Assembly: GCA_007378955.1 (NCBI GenBank)
Contig: VMGY01000002.1
Span: forward strand, 1-53,965
Reading direction: 5' to 3'
Length of the DNA stretch: 53,965 bases
From: Parcubacteria group bacterium Athens0714_12
GTDB taxonomy: Bacteria; Patescibacteriota; Patescibacteriia; UBA2591; VMGY01
Shown: piece by piece, positions 47,657 through 53,965 of the stretch
How positions within the stretch are numbered: position 1 is the first letter of the stretch
Layout: the number at the start of each line of letters is the position of its first letter
Program-made: the position numbers and the translations under genes
Notes under the pieces: model-generated
What the model saw: the letters and a program-made list of their open reading frames with translations, nothing else
Database searches by the model: none
What the model was told of the DNA's origin: nothing

Positions 47657-50600
47657 TTACCGCCAAAAAAATTTTCGTTTAACTTTAAGCTCTATATTCT
47701 GATTCACCGGCCGACCTTCTAAAACTTCAAATCTTTTTGAATTATACTCTTCATAGCCATTTTTTACAACTTTCAAATAATATTTTCCTTCTGGCGCTAA
47801 AAATGAATATTGCCCTGTTTTATCCGTAATTTGCGGATTTTTTTGGTCGTAGATTTCCGCGGGCCAAATTTCAAATTCATTAGTTATTTCATTATAGCGA
47901 TAAAGCGTAACAACAACGTCTTCTAAACGTATTTCTCCCCTCTTGTCTTGGGTATAAATATAGCCCTCCGGGTCAATTAAAATTTCTATTTCTAAAATTT
48001 TTTTATCTCCGTCGGCGTAATCAATTAAAGTTTTTAAAGAAAAACTGCCTGCTACCGGCGGCAATTGGATATCAGCTTCATAAATCCCGTCGCCGTCTGA
48101 ATCAGTATAGACATATTCCCCTACTAACCATTCTTTAGCCAAGGCCTGATTAATCGCCAATTCTTCGGCTTGGGCAAAAGGAACGCCAAGCATCATTGCG
48201 AGAAGCGGCCGTTCTTTCTTTGTCATCGCGCCCCCATTGTCATCCTGAGGGAGGACGCCAGCAGGCGACTGACCGAAGGATCCCGTGTCCATTCCAATTC
48301 CCGCGGGATTGCTTCGGCTATCGCCTCGCAATGACAGCGTGGGGACGCTCTCTAAACTCAAAGATTTCACAAAAATCAACTGCGCTTTAATTTCCTTAAC
48401 CTGCTTAGCTGGCTTGATAAAAGACTTGAATTGCGAACCGGCTATTAAAACCGCTTTTTCTTTTTCTACGCTCTTTATTTTAATATCCCCGTAATTGGAA
48501 ACCAAAATAATTTTTTCCGGTTCAATTATTTCCGGCGGCACGCTCGGCGTTTTCACTAAAACTGGCGGCGCGGGCTTTTCTTTTTCCGGCCCTGCTGGCG
48601 CGAACTTAAAAACAACAGCTATTTTTTGAGCCGCGTTCTTTAAATTGCTTACAGCCAACAAAACATTTTCCCGAATATTATCAGCCAATTTTATAACTCC
48701 ATTTTTAATTTCTAAAACAAATTTAACCGCTCCATTTTTAATCGCAAAAACGAATTTTGCCGCCGCGTTCTGAAAAGCGATTTTCGCGTTAACCAAAACA
48801 TAAAACCCTCTTTTGCCGGCGTAAAAAACTTTTTGCCCGCCGTTTAAAACCAGTTCTATGGTTTTTTGTATTATTAAAACAAACTGCTTGGCGGTTTTTT
48901 CTAAAATTCGGCCTAAAAAAGCCAATGAATCATAAACGGTTTTTTGAAACCTGTAAACAACCAACCGCCATCCTTTTTTCAGCCCAAACGCGAATTTAGA
49001 TGAAAAATAACTAAAATTTTGGCCCGCGCCTTTCGCGATTCTGACAGTCGTCCAATAAAATCCTTTTGACAAATCTTTGCCCGCTTCTTTAAAATCCTGA
49101 AAAGTTTCTTTAAACGCCAAAGCCGGATTTTTAGCGAGCTCTTTTAATTGAGGAATAAAATCTTGGGCAAATTCTTTCTTAAAATAATCGGCGCTGTCTT
49201 TGATATTTTCTTTAAAACCCCGCCAAGCTTTTTTAAATTCTTTGTTGATTGAAATTTCCGGCAATTTAATATCGGGAAATTTTATCTCCGGAAATTCAAT
49301 TTCGGGAAATTTTATTTCGGGAAATTTTATCTCCGGAAATTCAATTTTAATCGGTTCCGGAGCGCCCGGCGTTTCAACAGGCGGGATAACGGGCGGGATA
49401 TAAGGAATCGGGAGCAACGGCTCAACCGGCAAGGGCTTCGCGGGCTCTCCGCCGGGCGGCGCAATCGGGATAATCGGAAAAGGCGGCTTGATTTCAGGCG
49501 GAACAATCGGGCGCTCTTCCGCCGCGGTTTGAATAATAAAATTAGATTTTAAAGATTCGCTTTGATTTCCCGCTTCATCTTGAGCTTTAATTTCCACGCC
49601 GTAAATTCCGTTTTCCAATGGCGCGGGAATTTCATACTGCCAATTTCCGTAATTATCCGCCATTGTTTGATAAAAAAGAAGCGGGATAAAATCAAATTCC
49701 TTTTTATTTTTAGAAACTAAAGTTTCTACTCCTCCTCCCGAAGGGCTGTTTTCCTTTGAGGGATTAGAGGCTTCAGCCCCTTCCTTTGAACTTTCCTTTG
49801 AGGGATTAGAGGCTTCAGCCTCTTCCCCTAACGCCCCCAAACCAATTAAAACTTTTGAATTCGCTTCCGCTTTGCCCTTCAGCAAAGGCGTGTTATCGGC
49901 TAAAACCTCGCCGGATTTAGGAAAAATCAATTCCGGCGGGGCAGGCGCGATCGTATCCAAAATAATAGAATCAAAAACCACCGGCGAAACTTTTCCGTAA
50001 ATATCATAAAATTTAACATAAATAGTTTTTACTCCTTCGCCGCTTTTTAAAATCCATTTTTTAATCTCAATATACGATTCTTGGCTCGCCCCCTCAAAAT
50101 CAGAAGCTCCTTCGGAAATAGCCATCATTTTACTGTCAATCCCGCCGCTCAAATTCAAAGCCACTTCCCTGCTGTTTGTATACTTCAATCCTTGATTGAT
50201 TAAAACGGAAAAACCTTTTGGCGCTGGCGGATTATATGGAATAAAAGCTCCGGGGAAAGAGCCGCCGGAAGGAACCACGGTCGCCGGTCTCGCGCTCAAT
50301 GGCCGCCAATCAGTCAAGACTTGAACATTAGAGTTAGCGCAGGAATTGTCATTCATACAGGAAAAACTGATTTTTCCGGTAATGTCGCCATTGGCGTAAC
50401 CCCTCAAACGGCCTTCTCTGTCAATATAAATGCCTTCAAAATTAATCCAGCCGACATTTTCGCCCCAAGCGTAACCGGATAAATTTCCTTCGCCGTCATT
50501 TCTTACTCCGCTGGTTGAAGGATTTAAATTTATCCAGCCGATATTTTCTCCCCAAGCGTAGCCGGAGACAGTGTCATCAGTAATCCGGACGCTTCCCGCG

Positions 50601-50752
50601 CCAAAATTGAACCAACCAAAATTCTCGCACCACGCGTATTTATATATTGAATCAATAGCGCCTTCAGTTTCGGAAGCCAAAGCAAAATTAAGAGGCGTTA
50701 ATTGCCCCAATAATAAAAATAAAAATAAAATACAGCAAAACCTTTTAAACAT
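47657..50752 (-). CDS. Large exported protein: GYAWGENxGWI repeats, Ig-like domain, Pro-rich linker, carboxypeptidase-regulatory-like C-terminus
   Basis: Signal peptide; 3x YAWxENxGWxN; DNTPLLKG..GNWQY..DEAGNQS; (KFPEI)n; DPEGYIY..QKNPQITDKTGQYSF. Confidence 0.75.
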   Translation of the reverse strand: MFKRFCCILFLFLLLGQLTPLNFALASETEGAIDSIYKYAWCENFGWFNFGAGSVRITDDTVSGYAWGENIGWINLNPSTSGVRNDGEGNLSGYAWGENVGWINFEGIYIDREGRLRGYANGDITGKISFSCMNDNSCANSNVQVLTDWRPLSARPATVVPSGGSFPGAFIPYNPPAPKGFSVLINQGLKYTNSREVALNLSGGIDSKMMAISEGASDFEGASQESYIEIKKWILKSGEGVKTIYVKFYDIYGKVSPVVFDSIILDTIAPAPPELIFPKSGEVLADNTPLLKGKAEANSKVLIGLGALGEEAEASNPSKESSKEGAEASNPSKENSPSGGGVETLVSKNKKEFDFIPLLFYQTMADNYGNWQYEIPAPLENGIYGVEIKAQDEAGNQSESLKSNFIIQTAAEERPIVPPEIKPPFPIIPIAPPGGEPAKPLPVEPLLPIPYIPPVIPPVETPGAPEPIKIEFPEIKFPEIKFPEIEFPEIKFPDIKLPEISINKEFKKAWRGFKENIKDSADYFKKEFAQDFIPQLKELAKNPALAFKETFQDFKEAGKDLSKGFYWTTVRIAKGAGQNFSYFSSKFAFGLKKGWRLVVYRFQKTVYDSLAFLGRILEKTAKQFVLIIQKTIELVLNGGQKVFYAGKRGFYVLVNAKIAFQNAAAKFVFAIKNGAVKFVLEIKNGVIKLADNIRENVLLAVSNLKNAAQKIAVVFKFAPAGPEKEKPAPPVLVKTPSVPPEIIEPEKIILVSNYGDIKIKSVEKEKAVLIAGSQFKSFIKPAKQVKEIKAQLIFVKSLSLESVPTLSLRGDSRSNPAGIGMDTGSFGQSPAGVLPQDDNGGAMTKKERPLLAMMLGVPFAQAEELAINQALAKEWLVGEYVYTDSDGDGIYEADIQLPPVAGSFSLKTLIDYADGDKKILEIEILIDPEGYIYTQDKRGEIRLEDVVVTLYRYNEITNEFEIWPAEIYDQKNPQITDKTGQYSFLAPEGKYYLKVVKNGYEEYNSKRFEVLEGRPVNQNIELKVKRKFFWR
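48192..48335. repeat. Family D cluster translated within 47657..50752
   Basis: Encodes SLRGDSRSNP...SFGQSPAGVLPQDD...LLAMM. Confidence 0.85.
49711..49823. repeat. Family E palindromes translated within 47657..50752
   Basis: gggattagaggcttcagcc twice and tagaaactaaagtttctactcc; encode EAEASNPSKE / GVETLVS. Confidence 0.8.
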
Positions 50753-50807
50753 TTTTTTGAACCGCTAAATACGCGAAAAAATTATTTTAAGGCGCCTCTT
50801 TTATATT

Positions 50808-50844
50808 GTCATTGCGAAGAGTCAGCAGGCGGCGCGGCAATCCC
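50808..50844. repeat. Single degenerate family D unit
   Basis: gtcattgcgaagagtcagcaggcggcgcggcaatccc. Confidence 0.8.
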
Positions 50845-50912
50845 GTTTTATTACTCTTCTCTCAAATCCGGCATTACTAAAAATTCTTTTTTGTTTTTTA
50901 AAAATACGAATA

Positions 50913-50942
50913 TTGACTTGTGGATAACTTATTTGATATACT
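50913..50942 (+). promoter_or_regulatory. Sigma70 promoter antisense to the NYN remnant
   Basis: TTGACT-N18-TATACT with extended TG. Confidence 0.65.
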
Positions 50943-50948
50943 TAAATA

Positions 50949-51006
50949 ATTACCACGAAAAAAACCCTTATAAGGTTTTGTCCTTATCGGGGGTTTTTTC
51001 TTTTTT
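50949..51006 (+). ncRNA. Candidate ~58-nt hairpin small RNA
   Basis: aaaaaaccc-tt-ataagg-ttttgt-ccttat-c-ggggg-tttttt then T run, directly after the promoter. Confidence 0.45.
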
Positions 51007-51183
51007 AACGCCTAAAATTGATCTAGGGACTAAACCAATAAAAATATATGCTTGTTCAATAAAATATTTTTCCCTAAGCCATACGCGAAAACGGCGGTAA
51101 TCTAAATTCCATCCAAGCCCTTTAACGCCCTTATGCAAATTTGCTCCGTCAATATAGGCAAAATTGTTTTCTTTTCTTTGCAT
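50968..51183 (-). pseudogene. Internally deleted NYN/LabA (DUF88, PIN-like) nuclease
   Basis: N-terminal AYIDGANL..LDY..F..WL..KY..AYIF; 71 aa only, lacks central and SGDGDF acidic motifs. Confidence 0.75.
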
Positions 51184-51235
51184 TTTTTAAATTATTAATA
51201 ATTTTCATCAGAATTCTTCTATCACCTCTCACTTT

Positions 51236-51418
51236 GTCATTGCGAAAATCCTCGGGATTGCGGAGCCTGTCCTGAGTGAAGCGAAAGGATCTTCCTGCTG
51301 CCTCCTCGCAATGACAAACAAGAGTGTGTCATTGCGAGGAGCGGAACGCAGTGGAGCGACGCGGCAATCCCGTTTCAATTTGTCATTGCGAGGAGCTATC
51401 AGGCGGCGCGGCAATCCC
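51236..51418. repeat. Family D cluster with nested family H hairpin; supplies the stop codon of the upstream large gene
   Basis: gagcctgtcctgagtgaagcgaaaggatc inside a D unit; TGA at 51383..51385 lies in caatgac. Confidence 0.88.
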
Positions 51419-53965
51419 GCCATCTCCCGATTCCTGATTCATAATTCCTGATTCATAATTCAAACTCCCGCACTCGCCTTTTATTTTTACCCACTCGCCA
51501 TTTTCAACCCAAGTGCAATAAATTTCCCCGGTTGCTTGGTCAACCATTTCCAATTTTTCAATCCGCGCTTTTTTAGCGAAAAACTTGTCCGTAACAATTT
51601 CTTTAAACTTAACCAAACCATTCTGAATCCAAATGCCGAAATTCTCTAATTTTTCCAAAACTACGGCAAAAATTCCTTTTTTTATTTCTTCTGATTCTAA
51701 CATCTTTAATTGCTGTTCAAAGTCTGTTAAAGGAATATTTTTTAATTCTTCCGGCGGCGCGTAATGCCCGGGATGAACTAAAACTAAAACCTTGCCTATA
51801 GCGATGTCATTGCGAGGAGTCCCGCTGTCATTGCGAGCGGAGCGAAGCAATCCCGTTTCCTCATCATCACCATTAAAATCCCCTAAAGCCGTGCCAATAA
51901 TCGGACCGGCTGAAATCGCTTTTGCCGCCGCGCCCGGCAAAGAAGAAAAAGTCAGATAATCGCCTTGCTTAATTTCGCCATTCTCCAAAGAAACTTTAAC
52001 AGGGACTCTTCCCGATAAAGTCATTAAATAAGCATGGTCGGGATATTGCTCTTTTAAATATCCGGCGGCCTGAAATGAAGAGCCGGAAGTAATTATGCCA
52101 ATCAAAACTTCATTCTTTCCTTTTTGCGCCTTTTCCGCCAATGGCTCATCAGACGGGAAATCTACTCCCCATCCTTCTTCCTCCCCATCTCCGAGGGTGA
52201 GGGGCGCCACTGCTACCAAATCCCCATCCTCCAAATCTTCTTTAGACAAAATATATTCTGCGTAGTCAGGAGCAGAATTCGCGGTCTGCGGACCTTTAGT
52301 TATCCAACTGCCGCCAATATCCAAAGAAGCCAAAGTAGTGGTACTGCTTTGAAAACTTAATTTATTTCCCGCAGAAGCAGGCGTCCATTGGATAAATGGA
52401 TTGGCTGAATTTAAGGTAAGGTTGCCAGTGCTCGTAGCATTTCCCGTAATAGAATCAACGACAAACTTGGTATTGCCCGAGCCGTCTTGAATAACAAAAG
52501 CCGTGGACGAGGCGATATTCATCAGCAGACCGCCGGAAGCGGTAAAGCCGGACAAAAATGTTCCTGCTTGGGATTGGAGTTCAAAGAAATTGGCGGTTGG
52601 CGAAGTGCCTGAATGCGTTATCATGATGCCAGTGGTTGATTCATTGGTGGTGGAGGCGTGAAGCATTGCCCCCGGGGCAGTTGTCCCGATGCCGACGTTG
52701 CCGCCAACAGTTAAATTGTTTGAACCATCAATTATAACAGGGTCGCTTATACGCACCGCTGTCCAATCTTGAAACTGAAATTCATCAGCATCCGTGCTTC
52801 CATCAAAACGAAAATGTCCTGTATTGGTTGGTCTATAATATGTTCCTATCATTCCCCAACTATTGTCTGCTTTCCCCCTAATAGTCCCTGCAAAAGTTGG
52901 AGTATAAGAAAGTTTACCAAAATAGATATTATTGCTATCAACCATAAATATCTCAGTGTTATCGTAAGACCGTAACCTTAGACGGTAAATTGAACCATCT
53001 AAATGTGTAGATATCCCAGCTGAACCAGAATTAAAAAATTTGATAACAGTTGTTTCTGTAGTCTCTTGTGGAAATTTTAAAGAACCATTTACTGTCAAAG
53101 CGTGAGAAGGCGTCGTCGTCCCGATGCCGACATTGCCCGTCTGCGAATTAACAAATAAGGTTGGTCGGTCTGCCGAAGTAGTTGAGGAGACGGCAAAATT
53201 GCCAGTGGTGGTAGAATTGCCTTGGATATAAACATTCCCGCCGAAGTTAGCAGTCGTGGTGGAATTTGGCTGGGCTGTTCCCGTGGCGAGAGAGGTGACG
53301 ACTTGGAGCGTCCCCGTGGTAGTGGAATTTCCGGAATTATACACATCCCCGCCAATCCAGATTTTGCCGTGATTATTGGTGGGCTGGGTTGTTCCGATTA
53401 CTAATCTGCCCGTGCTCGTCGCATTGCCTGTAATAGAATCAACGACAAATTTGGTATTGCCCGAGCCGTCCTGAATGACAAAAGCCGTGGTTGAAGCGAT
53501 ATTCATCAGCAAGCCGCCTGAAGCAGTAAAGCCGGACAAAAATGTGCCTGCTTGGGATTGGAGCTCAAAAAAATTGGCGGTTGGCGAAGTGCCTGAATGC
53601 GTTATCATGATGCCAGTGGTTGATTCATTGGTGGTGGAAGCGTGAAGCATTGCCCCCGGAGCGGTCGTCCCGATGCCGACGAGGCCTGAAGTATTCTTAA
53701 TAACCATTGGAATGGATGTATAATTAGTATAAAAATTAATATCCTTATTATACCCACTTCCAATTTGCACCAATGCGCCACTATATCCGAAAAACGCCCT
53801 ATCTTCAGAAAAAGATATTATCTTCTCAACATTACCAGTTCCAACAGAAATTTGTCGTGTAGACGCCATCGTCCCAATCCCCACTCTTCCCGTCTGCGAA
53901 TCAACAAATAAGGTTGGTCGGTCTGCCGAAGTAGTTGAGGAGACGGCAAAATTGCCAGTGGTGGT
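51383..53965 (-). CDS. Large fibre-like repeat protein (VGIGT repeats) with intramolecular-chaperone-like C-terminal domain; 5' end outside window
   Basis: Frame stays open to the window end (TTTGNFAVSSTT...); repeated VGIGTT and GNxTxTG; DYAEY...GRVPVKVSLENGEIKQGDYLT..IIGTAL. Confidence 0.8.
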   Translation of the reverse strand, partial: TTTGNFAVSSTTSADRPTLFVDSQTGRVGIGTMASTRQISVGTGNVEKIISFSEDRAFFGYSGALVQIGSGYNKDINFYTNYTSIPMVIKNTSGLVGIGTTAPGAMLHASTTNESTTGIMITHSGTSPTANFFELQSQAGTFLSGFTASGGLLMNIASTTAFVIQDGSGNTKFVVDSITGNATSTGRLVIGTTQPTNNHGKIWIGGDVYNSGNSTTTGTLQVVTSLATGTAQPNSTTTANFGGNVYIQGNSTTTGNFAVSSTTSADRPTLFVNSQTGNVGIGTTTPSHALTVNGSLKFPQETTETTVIKFFNSGSAGISTHLDGSIYRLRLRSYDNTEIFMVDSNNIYFGKLSYTPTFAGTIRGKADNSWGMIGTYYRPTNTGHFRFDGSTDADEFQFQDWTAVRISDPVIIDGSNNLTVGGNVGIGTTAPGAMLHASTTNESTTGIMITHSGTSPTANFFELQSQAGTFLSGFTASGGLLMNIASSTAFVIQDGSGNTKFVVDSITGNATSTGNLTLNSANPFIQWTPASAGNKLSFQSSTTTLASLDIGGSWITKGPQTANSAPDYAEYILSKEDLEDGDLVAVAPLTLGDGEEEGWGVDFPSDEPLAEKAQKGKNEVLIGIITSGSSFQAAGYLKEQYPDHAYLMTLSGRVPVKVSLENGEIKQGDYLTFSSLPGAAAKAISAGPIIGTALGDFNGDDEETGLLRSARNDSGTPRNDIAIGKVLVLVHPGHYAPPEELKNIPLTDFEQQLKMLESEEIKKGIFAVVLEKLENFGIWIQNGLVKFKEIVTDKFFAKKARIEKLEMVDQATGEIYCTWVENGEWVKIKGECGSLNYESGIMNQESGDGGIAAPPDSSSQ
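51806..51854. repeat. Family D units translated within the fibre-like gene
   Basis: Encodes GLLRSARNDSGTPRND. Confidence 0.85.
52424..53681. repeat. 274-bp near-identical direct repeats at 52424..52697 and 53408..53681
   Basis: Both encode VGIGTTAPGAMLHASTT...DSITGNATSTG; offset 984 nt. Confidence 0.92.

Noticed and set aside
52424-53681. Diversity-generating retroelement TR/VR pair
   Set aside because: No reverse transcriptase; both copies are in the same CDS and differences are mostly synonymous, not adenine-specific

Overview
AT-rich chromosomal window from a bacterium that looks like Patescibacteria/CPR (Parcubacteria-like; inferred from gene content, standard code 11). Most genes lie on the minus strand. 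Housekeeping genes: secA, hpf, short alaS, hrcA-grpE-dnaK-dnaJ with a CIRCE operator, tRNA-Glu(CTC), mraZ-rsmH-ftsL-ftsI-murF, tsaB, rplJ-rplL with an L10 leader, mltG, pcm, uppP, recJ, ackA. Accessory content: a dockerin/cohesin/cohesin-FN3-FG-GAP surface operon, a SufS-like desulfurase-DUF4395-like-histidine kinase-receiver operon, a beta-helix protein, a pilin, two large surface proteins and a deleted NYN nuclease gene with a candidate antisense small RNA. The most striking signal is non-coding: about eight families of small palindromic or terminal-inverted-repeat elements with no transposase in the window. They nest inside each other, insert in frame into RsmH (+29 aa), TsaB (+28 aa), SecA and surface proteins, and supply start or stop codons (ackA, hrcA). 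One family occurs as two isomers whose 70-bp core is flipped relative to its arms. All calls come from reading the sequence; no database searches were run.
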